Assembly: GCA_900541065.1 (NCBI GenBank)
Contig: UQIE01000006.1
Coordinates: 2,711-66,710, forward strand
Source: an uncultured Collinsella sp.
Lineage (GTDB): Bacteria; Actinomycetota; Coriobacteriia; Coriobacteriales; Coriobacteriaceae
DNA length: 64,000 bases
Direction of reading: 5' to 3'
A model generated the notes under the pieces. It ran no database searches. It saw only the letters and a program-made list of their open reading frames with translations, and was not told the DNA's origin. Of this stretch, positions 31,533 through 41,786 are shown piece by piece. Within the stretch, counting starts at the first letter, position 1, and every line of letters starts with the position of its first letter. The translations under genes and the position numbers were made by a program.

Positions 31533-32240
31533 ATGACTGACCAAGTTTTTAACCGAGCAGAGCTGGCCGAAGCCGTTGGCAACGATATTGCCGACATGGC
31601 CCACTTTTGGATGCTGCGGAAGTTTCAATTCCTGGAGCCGGCGCGCGAGCAGTTCGAGATTATCGTCGATCCGTGGCTCAGCTATTGCGAGGAACCTTCT
31701 CAAAACGAAATCATGGCCTACAACATGGCGTTTACCGATTGGCTGCTGTTTGAGCGCCCCTATTACCACGGCAAGACGCTGTTGGAACTGTATGTGGACG
31801 AGCCGCCAGCGTCAATTTCTCCTGCTTCGCTCGGGCGTCTTAAGCAGGTGCGTGACACGCAGTATTTCTCGCGCTTTGGCATTTTGGACAAGGATCCCGC
31901 GACTGGCATTGTCGTGCTGAAGGACACGCGCACCGACCGTCGCTTTGACGTCTACGACCCACATATCGTGCAAAAGGAGCACTGGAACGATGGCGCGATT
32001 GCGGTACGACTCGCGTGCGTCGACGATGTCTGGCTGACGGCGGGGCAGCTCTACTTGTATGACATCGCGCGCCTGAGCGACACGGCGGTCGACGGGCCGG
32101 GCGCGGTGCATCCCGAGGACCTAGAGGACGGTTTCGATACCTCGTGCATCAGCTTCTTTTTGCGCCTGGTCCGCGACATCATGGGTGCTCAGGGACGCTA
32201 CGTGAAGTCGCTCAATATTTACGAGCAGGAATGGGAGTAG
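31533..32240 (+). CDS. hypothetical protein (235 aa)
   Basis: AGGAGGA RBS; no recognisable motif. Confidence 0.55.
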   Translation: MTDQVFNRAELAEAVGNDIADMAHFWMLRKFQFLEPAREQFEIIVDPWLSYCEEPSQNEIMAYNMAFTDWLLFERPYYHGKTLLELYVDEPPASISPASLGRLKQVRDTQYFSRFGILDKDPATGIVVLKDTRTDRRFDVYDPHIVQKEHWNDGAIAVRLACVDDVWLTAGQLYLYDIARLSDTAVDGPGAVHPEDLEDGFDTSCISFFLRLVRDIMGAQGRYVKSLNIYEQEWE

Positions 32241-32280
32241 GGGACGGGCGGTTGTCGCCTGCCTTGCCTTCCGCCTTTAT

Positions 32281-32418
32281 GTCTCGATCTGTAACGTTTA
32301 GAGGCCGTTTGGGGCCGTAACTGTTACAGATTGAGACAAAGAGGTGCAATGCTGCACGAATGTCTCGATTTGTAACGTTTGGCGGTCAAAAATCGGTCTT
32401 CCTGTTACAGATCAAGAC
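32281..32418. repeat. Family D hairpin-repeat array D3 (2 units, cores in opposite orientation)
   Basis: Units at 32281-32337 and 32362-32418; arms GTCTCGATCTGTAACG / TGTTACAGATTGAGAC. Confidence 0.9.
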
Positions 32419-32444
32419 GTTTGCCGACGGCGGCAACGGTGACA

Positions 32445-33515
32445 ATGGCCCATTTCTCCGATGTGGTGGTGATGGAAGTGTCTAATACCGTTCTTAAACA
32501 CAAGTATGCAACACGTAACACCTTGGCGCGAAATAGGATGCTAGCCAGGCTCACGGAGGCGGCTGAACAAGGCGTGCTGCTTGTGACACACGACAATGCC
32601 GAGCTCATGTGGCTGCGGCGTCATGTGGGAACCGATGATATTGCGGAGCCCGAGCCGTATTTGTTCTGTTTTCAACATGATTGGGATGCGTTGACGCCGG
32701 CGGAGCGAGCGCTGCGTACCATCAAAGGGCTTGCGGAGTTTCATCCCGATTGGGCGTTTTGGGGTTATGACGCGGCACTTTTGTGGGGTTTGGAGGTGCC
32801 GAATGATCTGCTTGGGCCGCGATTTCTTGTTAAGACAGGTTACTCGGTGCCGCTGAGTGCAGGATGTCGGCTGTTGCGTCCGCAGGCGGCGGGTGCGCTT
32901 GAACAAGTCGACGGCGTGCGGGCGACGCCGTTTTGGCGCACGGTAGAGGATTGCCTGCTGCGCGCGCCGTTTTCGTATGGCTTGGCGATTGCCGATTCTG
33001 CGTTGCGAGCAAAGGGCGTATCGCGCGATGACTTTTGTGAGCGGCTTCGTATGGATTGTGAAGGCAAGCGCGGGCATCGCAGAGCGCAGGTGATTGCGTC
33101 GTATGCGGACGGGCTGTCCGAAAACGGCGGCGAGTCTCGATTTCGGGCGTTCTTTATTGCGTACGGTTTTCCGGTGCCAGAGTTGCAGGTGGAGTTCCGT
33201 GATCCGCTCAATCCGACCAGCGTGTTTCGAGTCGACTATTTTTGGCGGCTCGAGGACGGGACATGTGTCATCGGCGAGCTCGATGGAAAGGGAAAGTATG
33301 CCTTACAGAACGACGAGGGCCGGGAGTCGGTCGACCCATTCGTGGCAGAACGTCAACGGGAGTCCCATCTGACGATGCTCGGACATAAGGTACTGAGGTT
33401 TACGTTTGATGAGCTCAAGAACCCGGGGAAGCTGGCTGAAAAGATGAGACTGGCGGGCATTCCGCGACGGGCCGATTTGGCTGAGGAATGGAGACGCCAG
33501 TGGTATGGGTGCTAA
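32445..33515 (+). CDS. hypothetical protein with a C-terminal DUF559/PDDEXK-like endonuclease-fold segment (resembles AbiEi_4 plus DUF559 proteins)
   Basis: C-terminus ...ESHLTMLGHKVLRFTFDELKNPG resembles the Vsr/DUF559 fold tail; flanked on both sides by family D arrays. Confidence 0.45.
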   Translation: MAHFSDVVVMEVSNTVLKHKYATRNTLARNRMLARLTEAAEQGVLLVTHDNAELMWLRRHVGTDDIAEPEPYLFCFQHDWDALTPAERALRTIKGLAEFHPDWAFWGYDAALLWGLEVPNDLLGPRFLVKTGYSVPLSAGCRLLRPQAAGALEQVDGVRATPFWRTVEDCLLRAPFSYGLAIADSALRAKGVSRDDFCERLRMDCEGKRGHRRAQVIASYADGLSENGGESRFRAFFIAYGFPVPELQVEFRDPLNPTSVFRVDYFWRLEDGTCVIGELDGKGKYALQNDEGRESVDPFVAERQRESHLTMLGHKVLRFTFDELKNPGKLAEKMRLAGIPRRADLAEEWRRQWYGC

Positions 33516-33557
33516 GGGGTGCGGCTGACGCGGGTGTGGTTGTTCCTACCGAGTTTG

Positions 33558-33774
33558 TCTCGATCTGTAACAACAAGGGGCCGTTTGGCCTCGTAACTGT
33601 TACAGATCGAGACAGAAGGTTGGCTGCCGCTAAAAGATCTCAATCTGTAACATCTAGAGGCCGAAAACCTGTCTAACTGTTACAGATCGAGACAAAGGTT
33701 GGACGAGGTGCCGAAAGATCTTGTTCTGTAACATTTGGCTGCTAAAACCCGGTCCACCTGTTACAGATTGAGAC
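33558..33774. repeat. Family D hairpin-repeat array D4 (3 units)
   Basis: Units at 33558-33614, 33638-33694 and 33718-33774; spacers contain AAGGTTGG as in D1. Confidence 0.9.
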
Positions 33775-33923
33775 ATTTCCCGGACGTCGCTGGGGTGGGA
33801 CTGCAACGCGTTCCGTTCTCCGTATCTCCTCCTTTCTCCGTTAACCGATATGTCCGCAGCAATCCCGCTGCACTGGGTAATAATGGACAAATGTTCAAGT
33901 TAATCGTGAGGGAGGAGCTCGAT

Positions 33924-35294
33924 ATGGCGACTGCCGATCGTCCCACGTTGTTTATCAATGCGACCGTCCTGGATGGCTCGGAGCATATGGAGCCGCAGCC
34001 CGATATGGCCGTGGCCGTTGAGCGCGGTGTCATCACCTGGATTGGTCCGAGCGCCGTGGCGCAAGCACCTGCAGGTGCCGAGGTTATCGACCTGGCCGGC
34101 GCGTACCTCATGCCGGGCCTCATCAATATGCATGTGCATCTGTGCGGTTCGGGCAAGCCGGTTTCGGCGGGAGATGCCGGCGCGCTGATGAAGAAGCTCG
34201 ACAATCCCGTGGGCCGCGCCATCGTGCGCCATATCCTCAAGGGCAGCGCTCAGCAGCAGCTGGCAAGTGGCGTGACTACGGTGCGCGGTGCGGGCGACCC
34301 GCTGTTTGCCGACATCGCCGTGCGCAACGCCATCGACGCCGGCAAGTATCAGGGTCCGCGTCTGGTGGCGCCGGGAACGGGCGTCACGGTGCCGGGCGGC
34401 CATGGCGCGGGCTTGTTCGCCCAGGTGGCCAACAGTCCCTTCGAGGCGGCCGAACAGGTGCGCGACTTGTACGCGCGTGGTGCCGACGTCATTAAGCTGT
34501 TCGTGACGGGCGGCGTGTTCGACGCGACTGAAGTGGGCGAGCCGGGCGTGCTGCGCATGCCGGTCGATGTCGCCGCGGCGGCGTGCAAGGCGGCGCACGA
34601 GGTTGGCCTTCCGGTCATGGCCCATGTCGAGAGCACCGAAGGTGTGAAGGCCGCGCTTCAGGCCGGCGTCGACACAATCGAGCACGGCGCTCCGATGACC
34701 CCCGAGATCATGGAGCTGTATCACGGTGCCGCAGGTACGCAACTCGAGGGACGCGCGCCGAGTGTGACCTGCACCATCAGCCCGGCGCTGCCGTTTGTGT
34801 TGCTCGATCCGGAAAAGACTCATTCGACTGACACGCAAAAGAAGAACGGCGACATCGTGTGCTCGGGCATTATCGAGAGTGCTCGTGCGGCGCTAGAAGC
34901 CGGTATCAAGGTAGGCCTGGGCACGGACTCGAGCTGCCCGTTCGTGACGCAGTACGACATGTGGCGCGAGGTGGCCTACTTTGCCAAGTACGCGGGCGTG
35001 AGCAATGCGTTTGCGCTGCATACGGCCACGCAGGTCAATGCTGAGCTACTGGGCCTGGGTGACGAGACCGGTACGATCGAGTGCGGCAAGGCGGCCGACA
35101 TTTTGACGACGCGCGAGAACCCGCTCGATGACCTGTGCGCTCTGCGTGAGCCGATGCATGTGATGTGCCGCGGTGACTTGGTGCGCAAGCTCAAGGTCAA
35201 GCGTATCCCTGAGGTTGACGCGGAGCTCGACGCGATTATGGCCATGCCGGCAAAAGCCCTGGCAGAGGAGCTCTCTCGCGACGGCGTGGCATAG
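33924..35294 (+). CDS. amidohydrolase-family metal-dependent hydrolase
   Basis: GGGAGGAG RBS; metal-binding HVH (LINMHVHL), later HxH-type and D motifs; TIM-barrel amidohydrolase (PF01979-like). Confidence 0.8.
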   Translation: MATADRPTLFINATVLDGSEHMEPQPDMAVAVERGVITWIGPSAVAQAPAGAEVIDLAGAYLMPGLINMHVHLCGSGKPVSAGDAGALMKKLDNPVGRAIVRHILKGSAQQQLASGVTTVRGAGDPLFADIAVRNAIDAGKYQGPRLVAPGTGVTVPGGHGAGLFAQVANSPFEAAEQVRDLYARGADVIKLFVTGGVFDATEVGEPGVLRMPVDVAAAACKAAHEVGLPVMAHVESTEGVKAALQAGVDTIEHGAPMTPEIMELYHGAAGTQLEGRAPSVTCTISPALPFVLLDPEKTHSTDTQKKNGDIVCSGIIESARAALEAGIKVGLGTDSSCPFVTQYDMWREVAYFAKYAGVSNAFALHTATQVNAELLGLGDETGTIECGKAADILTTRENPLDDLCALREPMHVMCRGDLVRKLKVKRIPEVDAELDAIMAMPAKALAEELSRDGVA

Positions 35295-35385
35295 ACGGGA
35301 CAAAGGGATAGCTCCGTTGCCGCATACAAAAAGCCGAGGTCTCAACACGAGGCCTCGGCTTTTATTTTGTCCTATGGTGTAGCGG

Positions 35386-35859
35386 CTAGGAGCGCGTTTC
35401 CATCTTGGCATGGCACTTGGGGCAGGTGACGCGGATCTTGCCCTTGCCCTTGGGGACGGACAGCATCTGACCGCAGTTAGGGCACTTAAGGTACGCTGTG
35501 GTCTTGCGGCCCTTCCACATCTTCTTGGCCGTGCGCTTGGCACGTTCAAAGTCTTCCTTGCTGGTGCCGGCCGTGCGCGAGGCGTTGGCAGCTGCAGTCC
35601 CGCCGCCCAAGCTGGCGACGAACTTGCCGAGGCCGGGGACGTTCGCGGTCGCCGTGACAAAGGCATCGTTCTCCTTGCGGCGCGCGTCGATGTTTTTGGA
35701 CAGGCCGCGCAGCACGCCAATCACGATAACGGCGATGGCGATCCAGCTGAGCCACTGGTGGTGGGCCATCGATCCGACCATCGCGAAAATAATTCCTATG
35801 AAGCCCAACACGACGGTGAGTTCGTCGGCGCCGTTGCGACCCTTCATAAAGTCATTCAT
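35386..35859 (-). CDS. hypothetical membrane protein with a C-terminal zinc ribbon
   Basis: Two TM helices then CPNCGQ...CPKCH; preferred start MNDFMKG, since the longer ORF would run into repeat B2. Confidence 0.55.
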   Translation of the reverse strand: MNDFMKGRNGADELTVVLGFIGIIFAMVGSMAHHQWLSWIAIAVIVIGVLRGLSKNIDARRKENDAFVTATANVPGLGKFVASLGGGTAAANASRTAGTSKEDFERAKRTAKKMWKGRKTTAYLKCPNCGQMLSVPKGKGKIRVTCPKCHAKMETRS

Positions 35860-35905
35860 GCGAATTGCCTTTCGTTCGATATGCTGCACGCCTTTATACC
35901 CCTTT

Positions 35906-35971
35906 TGGTGCATTGGGGACAGGTTAATCTGCACCAAGGTGGTGCAAACGTACCTGTCCCCCCCTGCACCA
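35906..35971. repeat. Family B MITE-like element, complete minimal copy (left end directly abuts right end)
   Basis: TGGTGCATTGGGGACAGGTTAATCTGCACCA-agg-TGGTGCAAACGTACCTGTCCCCCCCTGCACCA; the ends are inverted repeats of each other. Confidence 0.75.
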
Positions 35972-35972
35972 A

Positions 35973-36245
35973 TTACTTGGCGAGCTTGTCGACGACGCGT
36001 TCGATCTCGGCGAGCTTGGCGGCTTTGAGCTCCTCGTCGCCCGATTCGATGGCCGAGGCGACGCAGCCCTCGATGTGTGCCTTCAACACATCGGCGTTGA
36101 TGCGGGCGATGAGCGCCTGCGTGGCCATGAGCTGCGTGGAGACGTCGATGCAGTAACGGTCCTCCTCCACCATCCGCAGGATGCCGTCGATTTGCCCGCG
36201 TGCCGTCTTGAGCATGCGGGTCACCGATTTATGGTCTGCCATCAT
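35973..36245 (-). CDS. csoR: CsoR/RcnR-family metal-sensing transcriptional repressor
   Basis: 90 aa; conserved Cys and His in the C-x-H-x-C-type arrangement (RYCIDV...HIEGC). Confidence 0.8.
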   Translation of the reverse strand: MMADHKSVTRMLKTARGQIDGILRMVEEDRYCIDVSTQLMATQALIARINADVLKAHIEGCVASAIESGDEELKAAKLAEIERVVDKLAK

Positions 36246-36290
36246 GGCGAGTCCTCGTTTCTGGTCAATCCTTCAAATGCCTCACCCTCA

Positions 36291-36358
36291 GTTGCGGTGA
36301 AATAGTTCCTGATTGAAGGCTTAAAGCGTTTAAACCGGAACTATTTCACCGCAACTTC
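36291..36358. repeat. Family A palindromic repeat, copy A3, inside the cop operon between copZ and csoR
   Basis: AGTTGCGGTGAAATAGTTCCTG...CCGGAACTATTTCACCGCAACTT. Confidence 0.85.
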
Positions 36359-36400
36359 TGAGGGGCTGGTTGGGCAGCGGTGTCTGTTGGTGCGCAGCTG

Positions 36401-36622
36401 CTACGCGGCGGTCACGGACAGGGCGTGGAACTTCTCGCCGGCGCCCTCGACGGCGGCGGCGAGCTGCTCGGCGGTCACGGTGTCGGCGCACTCTACCTGG
36501 ACGGTCTGGGTCTCGTGATCGGCGTCGGCATCGGTCACGCCTGCCACGTTGAGCAGCGCCGTCTCGACAGTGGCGTCGCAGTGGCCGCACATAAGGCCGG
36601 AAGTCTTGATTGTGTAACGCAT
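36401..36622 (-). CDS. copZ: copper chaperone CopZ (heavy-metal-associated domain)
   Basis: 73 aa; GLMCGHC metal-binding motif. Confidence 0.85.
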   Translation of the reverse strand: MRYTIKTSGLMCGHCDATVETALLNVAGVTDADADHETQTVQVECADTVTAEQLAAAVEGAGEKFHALSVTAA

Positions 36623-36774
36623 GGGTGTACTCCTTATCGATTGAGATTATCTGACAGTTTAGTCGTGAACAGCGTCATCTTAAAGGCGCGCTGAGGTGCC
36701 CGAGATTGCCCCGAAAGAGGAGCGAAGCGTACTTGGGTACGCGAGCGACGGTTTGAGGGGCAAGGTCGGGTGCT

Positions 36775-39117
36775 TCAGCGCGCCGTCTTAGGCTTAAAGG
36801 TTCGCAGGCGCAGGGCATTGCTTACGACGCACACGCTCGACAGGCTCATTGCCGCCGCGCCGAACATCGGCGAGAGCTGCCATCCGGTGAGCGGGAAGAA
36901 CACGCCCGCCGCCAGCGGAATGCCGATGCCGTTGTAGAACAGTGCCCAGAACAGGTCCTGCTTGATGTTGCGGATCGTGGCGCGCGAAAGCTCGATGGCG
37001 CGGGCGACGTCCATGAGGTCGCTGCGCATGAGTACCACGTCGGCGCCCTCCTTGGCGATGTCGGCGCCGGTGCCGATAGCGAGGCCCACGTCGGAGCGCG
37101 CCAGGGCGGGGGAGTCGTTGATGCCGTCGCCCACCATGGCGACCTTGCCGCCCGCATCCTGCAGTTCGCGCACGTGACGTTCCTTGTCGGCGGGCAGGAC
37201 GTCGGCGATAACCTGTTCGCTGGTGAGTCCCACGCGGCGAGCGATGGCCTCGGCCGTCACGCGGTTGTCGCCGGTGAGCATGCGCACGTCGACGCCGAGC
37301 TTGCGGAGCGCGGCGATTGCCTCGGCGCTCGTCTCTTTGACCTCGTCAGCCACGGCGATGGTACCAACGAGTTCGCCGTTCTTGGCAAAGAACAGCGGCG
37401 TTTTGCCCTCGGTAGCAAATTGCTCGGCAAGACCGGCGGGCACCCCTGCGCCCAGCTCGTTCATCAGACGAACGTTGCCGGCTGCGATGACATTCTGCCC
37501 CTCGCGCGCCGTGACGCCGCGACCGGGCACGGCGGCAAAGTCCTCGACCATGCGTGCGACGATTCCGCGCGTCTCGCACTCGGCCATAATCGCCTCGGCC
37601 AGTGGGTGCTCACTCTGGCGCTCTAGTGCGGCGGCAAGCTTGAGCAGCGCCTTTTCACTCATGGTGGGCGAACCGTCGGCACGCACGGCTGCTACGATGT
37701 CGGTCACAGCCGGTTTGCCGCGGGTGACGGTGCCGGTCTTATCGAGCACCACAGTGCCCACGTTGCGCAGATTCTCCAGCGCCTCGGCGCTCTTAAACAG
37801 GATGCCCATCTCGGCGCCCTTGCCGGTGCCCACCATAATGGCGACGGGCGTGGCCAGGCCCAGCGCGCACGGGCAGCTGATCACCAACACGGCCACGGCG
37901 GAGGTGAGCGCCTCGTTCACGCTGCCGGTCAGCGCCATCCACACCGCAAAGGTCACGGCCGAGATCGCAAACACCACGGGCACAAACACGCCGGCGACTT
38001 TATCGGCCATGCGGGCGATGGGCGCCTTGGTGGCGTTGGCGTCCTCGACAAGCTGGATGATTTTGGCGAGCGACGTGTCGGTGCCCACGCGCGTGGCGCG
38101 GAAGGTAAACGATCCGGTGCGGTTGACCGTGGCGGCGTTGACGGTGTCGCCGGCGGTCTTTTCCACGGGGATGGACTCGCCGGTGAGCGCGCTCTCGTCC
38201 ACGGCCGAGCTACCCTCGAGCACCACGCCGTCGACAGGGATGGACTCTCCGGGGCGCACGCGCAGCACTTGGCCGGGAAGGATGCTGTCGACGTCGACGG
38301 TGGTTTCGGTACCGTTGTCGGCCACGATGGTCGCGGTCTTGGGCGCCAGGTCGATCAGCGCCTCGATAGCGCCGCCGGTCTTGGACTTGCTGCGCGTCTC
38401 GAGGTATTTGCCCACGGTGACGAGCGACAGAATCGTGCCGGCGCTCTCAAAGTACAGGTTGTCCATGCCCGTCATCATAGCCTCGTGGACCTGCCCGGCG
38501 GCCAGCTGGTCGGCCATGATGAACATAGCGTAGAGCGACCAGGCGATCGACGCGGTGGCGCCGACGGCGATGAGGGCGTCCATGGTGGGCGCGCCGTGCA
38601 CGAGTGATTTGAAGCCGTTGATAAAGTACGCGTCGTTGACGTAGACGATGGGGATGAGCAGGACGAGCTCGGTGAGCGCCAGCGTCATGCTGTGGGTGTG
38701 GTCGGTGAAGACGCTGGGCAGCGGCCAGCCGAGCATGTGTCCCATGCCTATGTAGAACAGCGGAATGAGAAAGATGATTGAGATGATGAGTCGGGTGCGC
38801 ATAGCGGAGGCAGTGGCCTCTAGCTTTTTGGTGGGCGACTCCATATGGGTGGCTCCGGATCTGGCTTGCGCGTTGCCGCTTGAGTTGGCGGCATCGGTGC
38901 CCGTGCTGACGGGCGAGGCCGAATAGCCCGCGCGGTCGACGGCGGTGCAGATATCGTCGGGGGAGACCTGCGCGGGGTCATAGTCGACCATCATGGAACC
39001 GGCGAGCAGGTTGACCGCGACGCTTTGGACGCCGTCGAGCTTGCTCACGGCGCGGTCCACGTGCGCCTGGCAAGCGGCGCATGTCATGCCGCCCACGTCG
39101 AACTTATCTTGAGCCAT
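36775..39117 (-). CDS. copA: copper-translocating P1B-type ATPase
   Basis: 780 aa; N-terminal [14 protein letters not shown] ([12 protein letters not shown]), DKTGT phosphorylation site, [10 protein letters not shown]. Confidence 0.92.
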   Translation of the reverse strand: MAQDKFDVGGMTCAACQAHVDRAVSKLDGVQSVAVNLLAGSMMVDYDPAQVSPDDICTAVDRAGYSASPVSTGTDAANSSGNAQARSGATHMESPTKKLEATASAMRTRLIISIIFLIPLFYIGMGHMLGWPLPSVFTDHTHSMTLALTELVLLIPIVYVNDAYFINGFKSLVHGAPTMDALIAVGATASIAWSLYAMFIMADQLAAGQVHEAMMTGMDNLYFESAGTILSLVTVGKYLETRSKSKTGGAIEALIDLAPKTATIVADNGTETTVDVDSILPGQVLRVRPGESIPVDGVVLEGSSAVDESALTGESIPVEKTAGDTVNAATVNRTGSFTFRATRVGTDTSLAKIIQLVEDANATKAPIARMADKVAGVFVPVVFAISAVTFAVWMALTGSVNEALTSAVAVLVISCPCALGLATPVAIMVGTGKGAEMGILFKSAEALENLRNVGTVVLDKTGTVTRGKPAVTDIVAAVRADGSPTMSEKALLKLAAALERQSEHPLAEAIMAECETRGIVARMVEDFAAVPGRGVTAREGQNVIAAGNVRLMNELGAGVPAGLAEQFATEGKTPLFFAKNGELVGTIAVADEVKETSAEAIAALRKLGVDVRMLTGDNRVTAEAIARRVGLTSEQVIADVLPADKERHVRELQDAGGKVAMVGDGINDSPALARSDVGLAIGTGADIAKEGADVVLMRSDLMDVARAIELSRATIRNIKQDLFWALFYNGIGIPLAAGVFFPLTGWQLSPMFGAAAMSLSSVCVVSNALRLRTFKPKTAR

Positions 39118-39270
39118 GGCTTCTCCTTTCTGTGGCGTAGTGTTGGAATTGTTAACCTGCCGATACTATACACCCATACCCCCTGGGGGTGTCCAGTGGA
39201 GATTGAAATGTATGACATTCTGGTATTGGTCGAGGTGATAGCCAGGTCGGCGGACCGTAGCCGGTCTAAT

Positions 39271-39488
39271 GTCTCAATCTGTAACAACTAGACCCGTTTT
39301 TGTCGAGTAACTGTTACAGATCGAGACATTACATCGAGCCACAACTTAACGTCTCAACCTGTAACGCCTAAGGACCGTTTTTCCTGCTAGATGTTACAGA
39401 TCGAGACAAACCGTCCGCGGTCAACTCAAATGTCTTGATTTGTAACATCTAGAGAGGTTTTTGACCCCTTACTGTTACAGATCGAGAC
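39271..39488. repeat. Family D hairpin-repeat array D5 (3 units)
   Basis: Units at 39271-39327, 39351-39407 and 39432-39488. Confidence 0.9.
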
Positions 39489-39530
39489 AATTGCCGGGGA
39501 GGGGTCCCGTCACGGCAAGACGCCCGCCGC

Positions 39531-41615
39531 CTAGATACAGAACCCGGGGATCACACAGGTTAGCTTGCTTGGCTTTTCCGCAGGCGTTGCGTACGTAAAG
39601 ACGTCGCCGTCGTGCCCCACGCGGTTCATATAGAGCGTGCCTTCGCTCTCCGATGTGTCGGGGCTCACCGTGCGCTCCCACCAACAGGTGTCCTTGCCCT
39701 TCCACTGGCGGACCATCGTCTCGTTCGTGGAATACGGGCTCACCTTGAGCTCGCGGAAGAGCTGATACTCCCTGCCCTCGCCGTTGTAGATGTCTGCCAG
39801 GTAGTGATAGCCCTCGGTAAACGAATCGGGCGGTTGCGTACCGCACAGCTCGACCATGGCGGGCAGCCAAAGGGTTGCGGGCAACTCGCTCAGGCACGAT
39901 GCGCTGTTGGCGGCGCCCACATTGTTCGAGACCTTCTTGACCCCTTTAATGAGTGCGCGCAACTCGTTGGGCAGCAGCTTAAGGCCGTCGCCGTTGAGCC
40001 ATTCCCGCAGCTCGCAATCTGCCCAGCCGGCGCTCGGCGGTTCAGCCGCAGCGTTGCGCTCGGCAATACCCGCGTCGAACATAAACGTTAGTCCGGCCTT
40101 GCCCGTCCCGTCCAGAAGCTCATCGTGGCGGATGCCCACAAGCTGCGCGCCAACCTGCAGCCCGTTGGTGAGCGTGACACGCTTGGTACACGGATAGGGG
40201 ATATGCCCATCGGCATCGAGCAGATGATAGCGCCTGGCAATCTCGCGTGCCTCGCTACGGGTCTCGGTGGCCTTAATCTTGAGCGAAATCTCCTGCAGCT
40301 GATCCCAAGTGTAGTCGTCAAGTGAACTGCGGATGCCGTCCAGGTAGTCGGGGATGCCAAAGCCATGGGTTGCCGCCCCGATAACGCCTAGCCCCGCAAC
40401 GGCTGCGACAACGCCACCGATAATAAAGCGGCGGCGGGTCATGGCATCGTGCCGGGCCTGCTCCAGGATCTCTCTCGCGCGCTCGCCGGCGACGTCGACC
40501 TTAAGGTGCGTACCGGAGTCGATGTCAATTGCGGTGTCACTGCCCGCGCCCTCGCGGCCCTCGGATTCGGCATCGGTGAGGTATGCCGAGAGCACCTCGA
40601 GCATCTGCTGTTCGGTGGGACGATCACGCTGCTCGACTGAGATGCCTTTCATGATGATTTGGACGAGCGCCTCGTCGTCACTGCATCGCGGCTCGAGCGG
40701 CGCCGGCTTGGTCTTGGTCTTTATGAGGTAGAACGAACCGGTTGCCGCGGCACCCGTCGACTCCACATCGAACGGTTTGCGACCGCTGTAGAGCTGGTAC
40801 AGAATGCTCGAAAGCGCGTAGACATCGATTGCCGGCGAGCGGCGAAGGGCCGCGATGCCTTCGATATCCTGCGTGAGCATCTCGGGCGCGGCGTATGCGG
40901 GCGTGGCAAAGCGCCAGATGTCGGCGCGCCGGGTGATCGTGTCATCGCCGAGGGCCATGGTCGCGGAGCCCATGTCGATGAGGCAGGGGTCAAAGGAGCA
41001 ATCGACGATCTGCTGCTCGAGCGTTCGACTGGTGGTACGGAACATGATATTGGCGGGCGACAGGTCGCGATGGACGACCGGATTTACGAGTCCCTGGGTC
41101 ACCAGGAGTGCGCGAAGCACGGCGTTTCCAACGGCGGCCACCATCTGGGTGGTTAGCCCGCCCGAGGCATCGTGCGGAAGCAAGGGCAGCGCCTGCTTGA
41201 GCGAGGTGCCCTCGACCCACTCCATGAGGATGAGCGGGTCGTCCTCGCACGATCCATAGCCATAGACGCGCGGAAATCCGCGCAGGTGCGAGACAGTGCA
41301 CAGATGACGGTACTCCTCGAACAGCGCGGCGGTATTGGCCAGGTGCGCAGCCGCTTGCTCGGCGGAGCGGTCGGGGGCTTGGCCGGAAAGGATGGCATTG
41401 TCCTTGAGTAGCTTGACGGCAAAGACCTCGCCGCTCGTGTTGGTCGCGCGCAGCACGTGCCCGATGTTGCCGTTGTTGCGGTGGGCCGTCTGGAGAATAA
41501 GCGTCATAAACCGACGCTTGGCGTCGTCCTCGGCGCTGGGGTCGACCGCCACGGCGGTATCGAACGTATCGAGACGGACGAGTTTGTCGCCATAGGCGCT
41601 ATCGGTAGTATCCAT
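39531..41615 (-). CDS. membrane Ser/Thr protein kinase-like protein with an atypical catalytic loop and a roughly 300-aa extracytoplasmic C-terminal domain of unknown type
   Basis: Hanks-type motifs VAIK-like FAVKLL, HRDLSPANIM (Ser where the catalytic-loop Lys is expected), DMG for DFG, APE (YAAPE); one TM helix (FIIGGVVAAVAGLGVIGAA); AAGGAA RBS at MDTTDS. Confidence 0.75.
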   Translation of the reverse strand: MDTTDSAYGDKLVRLDTFDTAVAVDPSAEDDAKRRFMTLILQTAHRNNGNIGHVLRATNTSGEVFAVKLLKDNAILSGQAPDRSAEQAAAHLANTAALFEEYRHLCTVSHLRGFPRVYGYGSCEDDPLILMEWVEGTSLKQALPLLPHDASGGLTTQMVAAVGNAVLRALLVTQGLVNPVVHRDLSPANIMFRTTSRTLEQQIVDCSFDPCLIDMGSATMALGDDTITRRADIWRFATPAYAAPEMLTQDIEGIAALRRSPAIDVYALSSILYQLYSGRKPFDVESTGAAATGSFYLIKTKTKPAPLEPRCSDDEALVQIIMKGISVEQRDRPTEQQMLEVLSAYLTDAESEGREGAGSDTAIDIDSGTHLKVDVAGERAREILEQARHDAMTRRRFIIGGVVAAVAGLGVIGAATHGFGIPDYLDGIRSSLDDYTWDQLQEISLKIKATETRSEAREIARRYHLLDADGHIPYPCTKRVTLTNGLQVGAQLVGIRHDELLDGTGKAGLTFMFDAGIAERNAAAEPPSAGWADCELREWLNGDGLKLLPNELRALIKGVKKVSNNVGAANSASCLSELPATLWLPAMVELCGTQPPDSFTEGYHYLADIYNGEGREYQLFRELKVSPYSTNETMVRQWKGKDTCWWERTVSPDTSESEGTLYMNRVGHDGDVFTYATPAEKPSKLTCVIPGFCI

Positions 41616-41786
41616 GGCGTTCCTTTGTCTGGCATGGGTTGCCGCACGTTTACGCGAGCAGTGCGGATATCGGTAAAGTACCATGATAGCCGCACTGCCC
41701 ACGTATACCGCTGAGCATTGTCGTTTACGACACAGAAGGTAGAAGACGAAAGACGGACGGCGACCGTCTTCCGATCGCTGTCCGTG

